The notes: a model not told the origin generated them from the letters alone. DNA of 63,386 nt, filler included, from Reticulomyxa filosa (GCA_000512085.1; 19 parts of 19 records of this genome joined end to end with filler, not necessarily neighbours in it), one strand, 5' to 3'. Positions 50,676-63,386 are shown, counted from the first letter of the whole stretch. Translations and numbers: made by a program.

Positions 50676-52911
50676 GTGTCCAAATCACGTTCGAAATCTC
50701 AAGAGAATAACAATAACAACAACAGTGGTGAGCACCAAAGTTACTCTTCAAATCCGCCTTTACACAAAAAAACTCAAAGATGGATGGGTCGAATGAAAGC
50801 GACCACGAGCATGAGCACAGCCATGGACTTGAGTATGGTCATGGACATGTGTCGAATGAAATGGAAGCGCATGATCACAGCAATGAGCACGAACATCACC
50901 ACCATTCCATCTATTCACATTCATATCAGCAGCATCCTCCGCATGGACATTCCCACCGACATCGACACGAGGACGACCACGATCATGAGCATAGCCACGG
51001 TCATGACAGTCATAATCATAGCCACAGTCGCAGTCTTGGTCATGGCCATGCTCACGGACACGCACATGGACAAGGACATGGACAAGGACATGGACAAGGA
51101 CATGAACATGAACATGAACATGAACACGATCATGAAAAAAAAAACAACGCACTCGGATTTGCACTCGGCAATGCCAACACGTCGCATTCGCATAGTCACT
51201 TTGCGATAAACTCGAACGACGCAAAGACCAATGACCACAGACATGACACCCATAAAAACGACTATCGATACGATGGTCTAACGAGTGAGGAGGCGCTTCG
51301 CAAAGAAATTGCGATTCTGAAGATGCGATTGGACGAAAGCGAAGACAGTCGCAAAAAACTCAGCGAAAATCTAAACAACTTGGAAAGCGAAATAATCAAA
51401 TACAAAGAAGAAAAGATTGGAATGCTGGAGGAAAATGACAGTATCAATCAACAGATTAAAAAAATGAAGGAAGACAGAGAATATGACGAGTGCATGAGCC
51501 GCTTGGCAATCGAGGCGAACAACGATCGCGTATTTGAAATCCAATGCAATTACGAAAAACGCGAGGAAATGTATGAAGACAAAACGCGTCTTTTGCTGCG
51601 ACAAAACTTCCAATTGAAAGAATACATTTATCAGCTTTGCGATTGGAAACGTCAGCAGCGCAAAATGCTAATGGTCGAGACGATACAAAGAGACTTGGAT
51701 CATAAGACAAAACAACACAGCGACAAAGATGTCGTCATGAAACTGGAAAAGACACAATCCAATTCCCTCGACTTTCCTCACCATCTTTGTGGCACCAATG
51801 TCGACAAAGACAAAGACAAAGAAAAAGATAAGGACAAAGAGAAGGAAAAAGAAAAAGACAGAGACAAAGATAGAGATAAAGACAAAGACAATGGCTTGGA
51901 CGCCAAAGGCGTCGCCACCACCAAAGACAAAGAAAAAACTTCCAGTACCAAAGGAAGAGACAAGGAAAAGGAAAAAGACAAAGACAAAGAAAAAGAGAGC
52001 GAAAAGAAACATAAAAAATCCAAAAGCAGTCGTGACAAAAGCACTAAGGACAAAGATAAAGATAAAGACAAAGAAAAAGACAAAGACAAGGAAAAGGACA
52101 AAGAGAAAGAAAAAGAAAAAGAGAAGGACAAGGACAAGGACAAAGAGAAAGAGAAAGAAAAAGAAAAAGAAAAGGATAAAGACAAGGAAAAAAAAGAGAA
52201 AGACAAAACTCGACATAAAACACGAGACAAAGAAAAAGATATTGAAAAAGAAAAGGAAAAAGAAAAGGAAAAAGAAAAGGACAAGGAGAAGGAGAAAGAC
52301 AAAGACAAAGAAAAAGAAAAAGAAAAAGAAAAGGAAAAAGAAAAAGAGAAAGACAAGGACAAAGAGAAAGACAAAGACAAAGATAAAGATAAGGACAAGG
52401 ATAAAGACAAGGAAAAAGAAAAAAATAAATCTTCTCGAACCACTAAACACAAACCAAAACACTCGTCCACTGCAACAAAAGAAAAGGACAAAGAGAAGGA
52501 AAAAGAAAAGGACAAGGAGAAGGAGAAAGACAAAGATAAGGACAAGGACAAAGACAAGGAGAAAGAAAAAGACAAGGAAAGCAAACGAAAAAGTAGCACA
52601 GACAAAACAAAAGATAAAGACAAAACAAAGGACAAAGACAAGGAGAAGGACAAAGACAAAGACAAGGAAAAGGACAAAGAAAAAGACAAAGACCGAAAAA
52701 CGAGTCGAGATAAGAGTAGCAAAGAAAAAAAAAAGACCAAGAAAAAGCTCAAAAGAGCAGTCCTTCTCGGTCTTCACGACGAACGCATGGAATTGCGACA
52801 AGCAACTCTTCATCAGCCAGCTCACCTCGAAGTTATAGCTTAAGCAGCCTTCGCAGTGAATGTAGCAAAAGCAGAAATATAAACAATAGCAACAGCAATA
52901 GCAATAATAAC

Positions 52912-52976
<65 letters not shown>

Positions 52977-54176
52977 TAATAATAACAACAATCCCAATAA
53001 CAACAAGAAATGGTCCATTATCATGTCCAGTGGATCGACTTCGTCAACTGGATCAGCATCCGCTTCTGTTCCTGGTCCAGGTCTTATTCCTGGATCAAGT
53101 CTTGGAGTCGGACTTGGTCCTGGTCCAATTCCTGTACCTAATCCTCTCTCCGTCACCGTTCCTGTTCCTGTCCCTGGTCTCACGTTTGGTGCAGTCATTG
53201 GCAATGCCGCTGGCAACACGCACACACTCATTCTCAATCCCGCCAATCCGGCCATGAATCCCAATCTCGCCCTTATGTCTCACTCAAATGTTCATGGCCA
53301 TGGCCATAGTCATGGCCACGCTCATGGTCATAGCTCCAATGCCAATCCTAACTCCATTTCCATTCCTGCACCCATCCCCATTTCCATTTCTATTTCCAAC
53401 CCCAACTTCCCTTCCGCGTCCAGCTTTACAAAACATCGTAGCAGTGAACATATACGGGACAAAGACAAAGACAAGGAAAAAGAGAGAGGACGCGACCGTG
53501 GGGAAAAGCACAAAGAAAAGACCAAAGATAAAGATAAGGACAAAGATAAAGACAAAGACAGGGATAAAGACAAAGATAAGGAAAAAGACAAGGACAAGAC
53601 AAAAAGCAAAAGTCCAAAGTCAACGTGCTCTCGCCTTAGTGGAAATGCTCGTCACGCTCACGACAGCAAAAAAGAATTGGACGCGGACAAAGATGTGATA
53701 ATGACGGATTGCTGGAAGATAAAACAGCAGTCGTCTCCTCCTGACACAGGTGAAATCAATGTGTTGAACGAGGAAAAAAAAGCTTTGATCAAAGAAGAAA
53801 CGAAAAGACGAAAGGAATTTTCGGTGTTGGAATATGACATCGTATCTGAAATGGAAGAAGTTGAAAACTTGCTAAAAAGCGTTGGAGTTTGTCGTGGCAA
53901 AGGCAACTTCACTCATGTCAGATCTGACAATAACAATAATAATAATAATAATGAAAACACAAATGATAATGACGTAGAAATGAGCAATTTGGATGAAAAT
54001 ACCAAGGTAATTGCAACTGTGGAATACTTTATGTCACAACAAATGAAAAAATGCTTGGAAGAAACTGCACGGTTGAAGGAACGGATAATCGATTTTGAAA
54101 GTAATGAAAAAAAAAAAGAAGAGGAAGAGCGAGAACGAGAACGCGAAAGAGAAAAAGAAAAAGAAAAAGAAAAAGA
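50676..54176 (+). CDS. Very large low-complexity protein: His-rich region, coiled coil, long KD/KE dipeptide tracts and poly-Asn (partial)
   Basis: ORF 50780-52843 continues, after a 1-nt slip at the A-run near 52726-52734, in a frame that stays open through ORF 53023 to the contig end. A similar slip occurs near 50766. Confidence 0.7.
51800..52700 (+). repeat. Purine-rich hexamer repeat (AAAGAC/AAAGAA/AAGGAC) encoding (KD/KE)n
   Basis: Directly visible; it also creates spurious long antisense ORFs. Confidence 0.9.
52895..52990 (+). repeat. (AAT)n microsatellite, poly-Asn
   Basis: About 30 AAT/AAC triplets. Confidence 0.9.
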
Positions 54177-54882
54177 NNNNNNNNNNNNNNNNNNNNNNNN
54201 NNNNNNNNNNNNNNNNNNNNTTAATTAATTAANNNNNNNNNNNNNNNNNNNNNNNNNNNNNNNNNNNNNNNNNNNNTATGCTACAAAGAAACTTTGGTAC
54301 CTTCTTTTTGAAACTTTACTTTTCTTGTTTTTTGATTAGTTCTATTATTTAATTTATTTTATTTTTGAAATACACTTAAGTAAAAATTAGGGTGACAAAA
54401 ATGATATAATTTGAATTATACAAATAGCGATCGTCAATTAATAAACAATAAACTCTCTGTGCTAATCAAAAAATCCACAAATTGCAATTTTGATTTTTTT
54501 TAGACAATTGAATTTGAAATATGGATTTGGACAATGTTTACTGCTTTAAACTTTGGTTCCAAGTAAACACGACGTCCCACAGTAGAGGAACGATTTATTC
54601 GTTTTTTAAAAAAATTTTTCTTGGTGCAAAGAGTGTCACGAAACAGAAAATTGACTAATCACAAGGACAATGGGGAAGAAGACTGGCAGAAAAGTCTCAC
54701 TACTTAGAAGATTGAACAGCAATTACAAAATCAGAATGAATTGGCAAAAAGGACAATGGCTGCTCAAAAGACTGAAGAACAAGAAGAATAGTTACAGCTT
54801 TTTGAAAATTATTTTTAACATAGTATGATGGGTTTGGTTTTTGAATGGCGGATAAAACAATTTGATGCTGGTGAAAACAGTT

Positions 54883-55500
54883 AGGGTATTTCAGTCTGGA
54901 GTTTTGGCATTCATCAACTGTCAAACTCGGAGCGATGTACTAAGTTGTATAGATAGTCTGGAACAAGCTGTGAATCAATCGTCTCGTGAGTATTTTGCTA
55001 GCTTCAGAAGGAAAATTCAGGCTGGAAATGCTTCACAAAGGGAAGAACAAAAAGAAGAAGAGAAAAAAGAAGAAGAGCAAGAAGAGAAAAAAGAAGAAGA
55101 GCAAAAAGAAGAAGAGCAAGAAGAAGAGAAAAAAGAAGAAGAGCAAAAAGAAGAAGAGCAAAAAGAAGAAGAGCAAGAAGAAGAGCAAAAAGAAGAGCAA
55201 GAAGAAGAAAAAAGAGAAAGATCACTGGAAATGCCAAGAGAAGAAGAAAAAGAAGCAAACAATGAACAACCAAACCCTGATCACTTCAATGCTAAGATAA
55301 TTATAGATGCAGTGAACGAAATCCGTCGGATTATGCAATTATTTCAATGTATTCAAAAGATCATTTTATATGTTTTGCACATAATCCAGACTTGGAACAA
55401 AGTTAAAAAATGTGCTTCCAACATGTGCTCTGCAGTGGCAAGTGGAATGAAATGGTTTGTTCGCAGTATTTCTGATTGGTTTCCAAACATTATGGCATAA
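54883..55500 (+). CDS. Last exon of a hypothetical protein with EEEQK tandem repeats
   Basis: Open frame with GAAGAAGAGCAAAAA-type units at 55042-55210; upstream exons probably lie near 54520-54810. Confidence 0.5.
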   Translation, partial: RVFQSGVLAFINCQTRSDVLSCIDSLEQAVNQSSREYFASFRRKIQAGNASQREEQKEEEKKEEEQEEKKEEEQKEEEQEEEKKEEEQKEEEQKEEEQEEEQKEEQEEEKRERSLEMPREEEKEANNEQPNPDHFNAKIIIDAVNEIRRIMQLFQCIQKIILYVLHIIQTWNKVKKCASNMCSAVASGMKWFVRSISDWFPNIMA

Positions 55501-56354
55501 TTATTTAGCAAAATGTGTTAAATCGATTGTAAGTTTATTTATTACTTGATGTGATGCAAGTATTTACCTCCCCCTTTTTTTCTTATCAATAAGGTTTAGA
55601 GCCTGTCAATTTTGTATTTCTCAAATAGTGTCAAAGTCCAGTATTTTACAATTTGGTTCAACAAAGTTATTTTATAGTTCTTCAAATAAAATCGTGAGCG
55701 ATTTGCTTTTGCCATATGTCCACGCAAACAATGTCGATTTGGTTCAAATCCCCTTTAGCACTGCGGTAATCTTTATAACAGGGAAAAAAAGGGCTTTTTT
55801 TGGTTGTAAAGAAAGTTTCTTTGGATAATATTCCAAGATAAATGATTCTTTAGACTCATTTGATAACGTTGAGGATTTGTAACGTGCAGTATACATTTGT
55901 TTGTAGGACAAACTTTGAAATATATCTTTTGGTCTACTTTGCAAATATCTGCTCCATTTACTAAAATGTTGTACATTTCCGTTATGAGGCAGAGTGTCTC
56001 ATTTTTGTTTTCTTTTTTTTTTCTTTGAGAATCCCAAAATCATCTCATCAAAAAAATTTAAAAGCGTCACCAAAAAAAAGCACACACAACTTTTTGTTTG
56101 CTTTATTTTCTTATGCAAACTTTTTTTTCTTTCATCAAAAAAAGTGCATGAGTGCTTTTTTTTTTTCCGATGAGGAAGAGAAAAAGAGTTAGCAATGATA
56201 GAGTGTCAAAAAGAAATTGATGGAATTGGATTCAAAGACAAACAATTTCAAGTGNNNNNNNNNNNNNNNNNNNNNNNNNNNNNNNNNNNNNNNNNNNNTT
56301 AATTAATTAANNNNNNNNNNNNNNNNNNNNNNNNNNNNNNNNNNNNNNNNNNNN

Positions 56355-56393
<39 letters not shown>

Positions 56394-57480
56394 TGCCATG
56401 ATCGTTATTGTCTTCCCCAATTATAATGCCGTCATGGTCGTTATCACTATCGTCATTATCGTCATCATCATCGTCATCGTCGTCATCATCGTCGTCGTCG
56501 TCGTCGTCGTCATCTTCCACTATTTCAATCTCAACCTCTTCATCTCCATTACCATCGTTGTCAGTATCACTATTATCATCATCTTCATCTCCGTCTTGCT
56601 CTTTGTCGTCCTCATCGATCTGTCTTCTGCTACCATCTTCGAACAGCGTCATTGCTCCCGATCTCTCCATCTTCTGCTTTTGCTCCTCTTCGTTCTCTTC
56701 TCCCAGTGCTCGACTGCTCGTCGTTTGATCGGCGCCCGACCACTTGTCTTTCCGATTGACTTTGTCTTGATGACACCTTACAAACTTTTTTTTTTTTTTA
56801 AAAAAAAAAAGGGGGAGGGGGGGGGGTGGAAAGATTAAAAATCGGAACAATGGGAACAAAAGTAACATCGTCGCAAAATGGACGAAAAAAAAAAAAAATG
56901 AACCAATCAACCACTTAAAAAAAAAAAAAAACAATGTAAACGAAACCCAATTGTCAATAGCGTCATTTTGCATATGGCTAAATGTCGACCTCTTTTTGCC
57001 ATTGGACTGTGGTTTGACGTCATGTCTTTGCAAATGGGACTTGGACCATTTATCGCGCGTACTGGACCCACTCTTTCGACGTGGACCGGTCTTGGGGGAC
57101 TTGTGCTTTAATAACATCTCCAGGGGTCGTATTTTGCTCACTAACCAATAAAACTTTTGGTGGATATACACTCCCATGCCTAAGGTGGCCAGTATCATCG
57201 AATGTTCCGTTCGACCCACTTTTGGGTTGTAAAAAGGTGACTTCACAATGTGATCGTACTTCCCTGGGAACAAATATAACAATTCCCTACAAGGAATATT
57301 GTCATACCACTGCATCAGATAATACCACTGACGGCATGTGTATCGTGTGAGATGGTACTTGTCGTATGGAGAGACAAACCGTAAGATACAGATTTGAGTA
57401 TCCAACGGAAGTGAGATCAATCTGGAACAAGTGTCCAAAGAACGTGGGGATGTTTTTGAATGTTTTTTAGCTGAAGCCAT
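56355..57480 (-). CDS. F-box-like protein with an acidic/Asn-rich C-terminal region, 3' partial
   Basis: LISLPLDTQICILRFVSPYDKYHLTRYTCRQWYYLM fits the F-box pattern L..LP.E....IL..L....L......VCR.W; intron about 56776-56946. Confidence 0.65.
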
Positions 57481-57621
57481 GGAGAAAATGATGGCGGCCC
57501 TTTTTTTTTTTTTTTTTTTTTNNNNNNNNNNNNNNNNNNNNNNNNNNNNNNNNNNNNNNNNNNNNTTAATTAATTAANNNNNNNNNNNNNNNNNNNNNNN
57601 NNNNNNNNNNNNNNNNNNNNN

Positions 57622-59560
57622 GATAAATATTGTATTTAATAATTCATTTGATCCATATTTTACACTCCTTACATAACCATTATGTCCTTTGAATATATTC
57701 AATTGTTTTGTTGTTTCAATATCCCATATTCGAATGGTTTTATCAAATGATCCAGAACAAATTGTATATCCATTTCCACCAATCACACCAATATCATTCA
57801 TTTTAATTATTATTATCATTGTTATTATTACTTTGTAATGGTGAAATATCAACACAACAAACACTACTTGTATGTCCATTGAAAACATGTAGTGATTTTG
57901 ATGTTTCAACATCCCATAAACGAATTGTACTGTCACCAGATCCAGAACATAAATATCTACCACCATTAAATGGTGAAAATTCAAGTCCATGAACACCACG
58001 AATATGTCCATTGAATGTTTGTAATTGATCATTATTTTTGAAATCCCAAAAACGAATGGTTTTGTCACTTGATGAAGAACAAATGACATGTTGACGATGA
58101 TTACGATAATGATATGATGAAAATTTCACACAACGCACAAAATCTGAATGTCCATTGAATGATTGAATTTGTTTGTTGTTGTCAACATCCCATACACGAA
58201 CTGTGTTATCATCTGATCCAGAACAAATGAATTGACAATCATCAAGTGTGGAGTAATCAATATTATTCACAAAATCGGTATGTCCAGTGAATGTATTGAG
58301 TAATTTGGATGATGAACGAAATATATCAAACATAAAGAAAGTAGTTGCCTGTGTTAATAGCAATGATAAAAATAAACAAACATATATTTATTTATTTTTA
58401 TTTCAATTAAATGAAAGACAAAAATATAAAAAACGTAACATAATTGGCAATTATTTTATCGAAATCGTTTATCCATCCAAGTTTAACTTGTAATTTTCGA
58501 ATCCAATGCTGGATAATGATTTGGATCTCGTTTTCCTGTGACTAATCCAATCACATACACAATAAATACAGTAAAAACTTGAAAACAATCAAATGTTTAG
58601 AAATTTGGAATAAAACTTACCATTAAATGTGATTGACTATATTTGGGTTGTGATAATTGATTATTGTAATCATTTCCTTTTTTATTTTCATTAATTTGAT
58701 TTTTTGATTGAATTTTTTTTTTGAATTTTTCAGATTCGATATTTAGATTATTCTAATGTATATAATTTATGATTTATTTGTGATGAAATGGAAGCAAGAA
58801 ATAAATCATACCGGTTGTTGTTTTAAGATTAGATTTTCATTATTCATTTTTGAAATTTCTTCATTTTTTTTTTTCCATTCAATTCTTTTTCTGCTTTCAA
58901 TTGTTTAAGTTCACCCTATACAATTAATTACATGTTTGTACTTTCAATGCAGGCAATATTGCAAATACGCAAATATATATTTTTTTTAAAAATAAAAAAT
59001 CCTTACATTGAGTTTTGCAATTTGTTTGAGTTGTTCATCATTGTTGCTTTTTAGAATTTCTTCCAATTTGATGACGCGAATGTCAAATGCATTTTGACAT
59101 TGTTTAAGTTGTTGAATTTCTTTGTTTTTTTCGTTATCACTTTCTTTTAGCGTTTCAATTTCTGCATTACTTTTCAAATTCATTTTTCTTAATTCTTCCT
59201 TTTTTTTTTTTATTTTAAAATGTTTTCCTTTGTTTATTTATGTATTGCAATTATTTAAAAAAAACTCAAAAATGGTGACAAAACCGTTTGTAATTTTTCA
59301 GCTTGCAATTGCGATTGTAGCTCTTTGACCAATAGAATAATATGCTGAATTGATATCAGCCGACATGAATTGTCCAAATGATCTTTCATTTCACCTATTT
59401 TCCTTTTGTAGTTGCATTCATTTTCGTGTTCTTCTTTTGATTGATTCTTTTTCAAATCATATTGTCGAGGACATGTTACCAATAAATCTGAAACTTGTTG
59501 TCTCAAGGATTTATCTTTCACAAATTCGCAATGATCGTGTTGTTGAATTGGGCATTTGCC
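57622..59560 (-). CDS. RING/TRAF-type zinc finger + coiled coil + helical module + WD40 repeats (partial; 1-nt frameshift near 57803, possible pseudogene)
   Basis: GKCPIQQHDHC...VTCPRQY...CNYKRKIGEMKDHLDNSC; coiled-coil exons; QENEIQIIIQHWIRKLQVKLGWINDFDKIIANY; then GH..CSGS.D.TIRLWD repeats; consecutive GT-AG introns. Confidence 0.8.
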
Positions 59561-59660
59561 NNNNNNNNNNNNNNNNNNNNNNNNNNNNNNNNNNNNNNNN
59601 NNNNTTAATTAATTAANNNNNNNNNNNNNNNNNNNNNNNNNNNNNNNNNNNNNNNNNNNN

Positions 59661-60080
59661 CTGTTGCTGTTGCTGTTGCTGTTGCTGTTGTTGTTGTTGT
59701 CGTTGTTGTTATTGTCGAAGAAGAAGAAGAAGAAGAAGTAGTGGATGGTGGTGGTGGTGGTGGTGGTGGTGGTGGCGGAAGTCTGTCGTCTCTACTACTC
59801 ACGTCGTAATAAGTCAGATTTGATGGCTTGACACCATCCACGTGTAAGTACAACACAGCGTCGTATTTCTCCATTTCGTACTGCAGATGCGGTCTCAATT
59901 TGGGGTTGTGATCACTGAACAAGAGCCAGAGGTTGGACGGACACGTGTCTACTTTGAGTGTGTAGAGGTCGAGCCAGTTGGAGTTGCGCGCCATCACGGG
60001 CAGTCGAATATACTGTTTTTCCGAAGGATACGTATCCCATCGTTGTTGTTGAGGTTCATTATCATCATTATCACCACTAC

Positions 60081-60116
<36 letters not shown>

Positions 60117-61192
60117 TATTATTATCACCATCAAAGCTATTTGCAGATACCAATCGTTGAACAAAACAACTGTGAGTACTTTGCAATGAAAATGTTTCTC
60201 CACTGTCTTGAATGGTTGTCATTGTTTTATTATTATTATTATTATTATGATTAGTCCCAACAGGATTGGACCCTTCCACAGCATTCAAAGCAACTTGTTC
60301 CATATGTCCACTTTCCATTTCAAATTCCAACTCGCTGTGATGCTCCAAGATGGGCGAAAGGTCGGACACACTGCGTGAGCGACTCTTTGCGGACGCGGCT
60401 CGTTCAGACAGCGGCTGAGACGAGTGGGGGTCCAGTTTCCACGCGGAGAGCTGGAACTCGAGCGTGCTCTCCTTAAAGTCGTTGGAGAAAGCGCGTACAA
60501 ATTTGTCGTACAAGTACTGATGGACAATGGGATGTCGTTGCGGGACATTGGAGATGACGAGCAGACGAAACAGACGCTGCTGTGTGTTATAGGGCGTGCG
60601 CAGTTGGGGCGTGAAAAAGTGCTGCCATTTGGGTTGCATGGCACACTCGAGCGTCGGCGTGACGCCCATTGCAAATAGCGCGTCGATGCATTCCTTGGGT
60701 CGCTCGTTCATTTCGTGCATCCAACGCGACAGCCACTCTTGCAGGGTCACTTCGTACTCGCGCTCGCTGTCCAAACGTCCCCACGCACGCAAAAACGCAA
60801 ACTTGTTGGCGTCGAACGCCTCCAACAAATAGTGGTACATGCGCGCATTGACGAAGCAATGAGAAAAGTCGTGCAAAATTTGATGCTTCGTTTGCAATGC
60901 CGTTTGGCTATAGTCTTCGTGCGAATGGCAACAAAACTTTAAAAATATTGATATCAAATACTTTATTACACCACTGTTCATTTCGTAATGAGACCGTCCA
61001 ATCGCGTTGTCAAACATCTTCTTGCTTTTGTTCGCCTTCGCTTGAGCACTTGATGCCCAGTAATACCCGCCCACCCCACTCTGCGTCTTCTCCTTCGTCC
61101 ATTTCTCGTACACGTGCATCGGCTCCTTCAAGTACTCCTGCAGCTCCTCTTTGTGTGGCAGTCGTTGCGCGCAATGCCGCACGTATGCGTTT
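59661..61192 (-). CDS. Large hypothetical protein exon (helical region followed by a possible degenerate Ras-like fold)
   Basis: Over 500 open codons with GC-rich coding composition; acidic and Pro/Ser/Thr low-complexity inserts. Confidence 0.65.
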
Positions 61193-62717
61193 AATGTTAG
61201 GTTCTTTCGAGTATATCTTTTTTTTTTTTTTCCGGAGTTTATTGTTATTTTATTTTTTTTTTTNNNNNNNNNNNNNNNNNNNNNNNNNNNNNNNNNNNNN
61301 NNNNNNNTTAATTAATTAANNNNNNNNNNNNNNNNNNNNNNNNNNNNNNNNNNNNNNNNNNNNAAACTTAAAACAAAGTTACTACTAACGAACTTAAAAC
61401 AAACAACGGGCTCTTTTTTTTTTTAGACCCTTCAAACAGTTAAAAAACTGAGTCACAACCAAAAAAGTCCAAAGAAATTTTCAAAAGTTTAACACTGGAG
61501 TATAGTAATTGACCGCATTTTGTTTATTGGCTAGGCTTTGTTGACGCAGTACGAGTGTTTAAACTGAAGTTTTTTTACCAAACGAAAACCCTAACTTTAA
61601 GTGTCCTTGCAAAGAGTTTTTGTGGCAGAATGTCCAGTGATTTACATCAACGAAACGTCAAGTCCGCCAATATATCAGATCATGTTCATCCTGCCCTCTC
61701 AGTTTTAATGTGTTTTTCTTTGCATATATTGTGCTCATGCTTTTGGAATTTATGACGTGTCGTAGTATAAGTATGAAAAAAGTGGGGTGTAATCACGAAC
61801 AAGCAATCGTGACAAACAAACTACGAATAGACAATGAAACAGCGTTATTGTTAATAGAAAGAAGAACGTGACAGAGACAAGTCAGGCAGAAATTGGCACT
61901 ACACCAACATCCGATTTTGTGCTTGCAATTATTGCTTGGATATGTTTCATAAGTTTTCAACGCACTCAGTGATCATCTTTTTAATTGTGCCACTTGTACT
62001 GTTGAAAGTCGTTTGTTTCCAATTTGAACAAACCGAACAAATTTGGTTTAGTTATATTCAAATTGTTCGTTACTTTTTTTTTTTATGCTGGTTTGAAATT
62101 ATTGTATTTTTTCCAAGGTTATAACATTTCGCGCAAACTGAAGAAAAGTGTCAGTCTAAAGTCTTAAATGCTGAAACGAAGCTTTTGAATACTTGCACGC
62201 TGTATGATACCACTCTAGGCTTCAAATATGTGAAAAAGCATTAAGTAAATCTTTGTTGTTTGTTGTCAAAAGAAAACATTTCAAAGACAAAATTAAAAAA
62301 ATGAACTACGCACCCCCTTGTAACAGTTTTTTAAATTTATTTTTTGGTAACTTTAATTGATTAAAGTAAATCAATGATGCAACAATTTGATTGCTATGTC
62401 ATTATTGTATTAAAAAATTATTTGTTTATTGGAAAAACTCATTAATTTTTTTGAGCCTGTTTTTTAAAAATAAATGAATGATCCACATTTAAAAAATCAA
62501 CTGAAATTACAAAAGTGTAATAGGTACAACTTAGTATCACTCGTTGGTGTCTCTACTTTATCGAAGTTATATCAAGCTGAAGCAATCCGTCCGGTATAAT
62601 CGGTACAAAAGTTTGCGGTTTGGGTGTAACAAAGAACACTAAACGTAAGTAAGCCTCTGCTTTTTTGGTCAACGTGAATTTGTCCAACTTATCTGTTAAA
62701 AAAAAAAGCAAAAGAAT

Positions 62718-63305
62718 ATGTTGTGGGTACTTGTACTGTTATTGCCATTCGTCTCGAATGCTCAAAATACTAGCGAAATTTGCAACTACGTGAGCTACCA
62801 GGGGTAAAACTTAAATATACTTATTGTTACAATTGTTTTTTGTCGTTACCTAAAAACTTGTGCACAACAAGCATAAAAACAAAAATGAGCCAAAAGAATG
62901 CCGTATGCTACTGACCGATGCAATTCGTATGTTGTAAGAGCAAATTATTATTATACGGAACTATCGCACGTATTTCGGTGTTCATCAGATGGGAGCATGG
63001 TATATGGAGAATGGTATGACAATTGGAATTGCAGCGGGTGGCCTTATAGCTGGGAGTTAAAAAAAAAAAGAGAAAAAAATCCCTATTTTGTTTTTGAGTC
63101 TTAATAGATAAATGCGATTGAATACGTATATTTGTACACGTACAAATCAGTTTCAACCTGTCAACAACAGATTTTTATTGCAATGGTACCGAGTCGTGTT
63201 ATATGTCGGTAACTGGGTACATATTGGACCAACCTTGTGGTGAATCGTATACGGACGCGTATACGTATGTAGTATTCGCAAAGGATGTTTGTGCAATAGA
63301 TCAAT
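62718..63305 (+). CDS. Secreted Cys/Tyr-rich protein, multi-exon, 3' partial
   Basis: Signal peptide MLWVLVLLLPFVSNA; spliced reading QNTSEICNYVSYQG-MPYATDRC...FRCSSDG...YDNWNCSG...FYCNGTESC...DVC, with GT-AG introns. Confidence 0.6.
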
Positions 63306-63386
63306 CGTTATTCAATCTTTTTTTTTTTTTTTCCTCCTCCCCCTTTTTATTCTTTGTCTTTTCGAGAAAGAAAAAAATACCGTATA

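Noticed and set aside
1905-52734. Programmed ribosomal frameshifting at A-runs (1905-1916, ~35523, ~50766, ~52726)
   Set aside because: The slips lie in homopolymers within otherwise intact genes, and contigs also tend to break at homopolymers; homopolymer sequencing error is the simpler explanation.
51668-52838. Long Phe/Leu/Ser-rich antisense ORFs and a Lys/Thr-rich alternative-frame ORF
   Set aside because: Shadows of the stop-free KD/KE repeat; the same applies to 363-890, 17173-17655 and 55004-55273.
4520-61363. Recurring TTAATTAATTAA flanked by Ns, superficially a regularly spaced repeat or CRISPR-like array
   Set aside because: Always exactly N44-12-N44: an artificial six-frame-stop linker between contigs. 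Neighbourhood across it, and ORF ends reading XXXLIN, carry no biology.
1-63386. Prokaryotic operon, defence island, CRISPR array, rRNA or tRNA genes
   Set aside because: Spliceosomal introns and eukaryotic gene families throughout; no repeat-spacer array or structured RNA gene was recognised by eye.

Overview
This is AT-rich, intron-containing eukaryotic DNA, not a prokaryotic locus. It consists of 19 short contigs joined by 18 identical artificial 100-nt spacers (N44-TTAATTAATTAA-N44), so gene neighbourhood is meaningful only within a contig. The gene families, poly-Asn/poly-(KD/KE) tracts and divergent alpha-tubulin suggest a foraminiferan such as Reticulomyxa filosa (inference). Recognisable genes: a RanBP2-type zinc-finger protein, a Ran-binding-domain protein, bacterial-type aminopeptidase N, a STAND/NB-ARC-like ATPase, a receiver-like/C2H2/pseudo-Nudix fusion, a GT31 galactosyltransferase, a divergent alpha-tubulin, two WD40 proteins, phosphatidylserine synthase, a cAMP-receptor-like GPCR, a DBP2-like DEAD-box helicase, a Kelch protein, Furry/MOR2-PAG1, a USP deubiquitinase, an F-box protein and a secreted Cys-rich protein, plus a decayed LINE and kinase/other pseudogenes. 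The most notable observations are a ~530-bp fold-back made of two diverged 5' ends of WD40-family genes fused at a natural micro-palindrome, an uncharacterised helical module (IQHWIR..KLGWI.EFDK) seen four times, a probable CHAT-STAND immune-type protein, a signalling protein with a dead Nudix box, and introns whose acceptors follow A-rich rather than pyrimidine tracts. Several apparent frameshifts fall in homopolymer runs and are probably sequencing errors. All homology calls are from motif recognition by eye; no searches were run.
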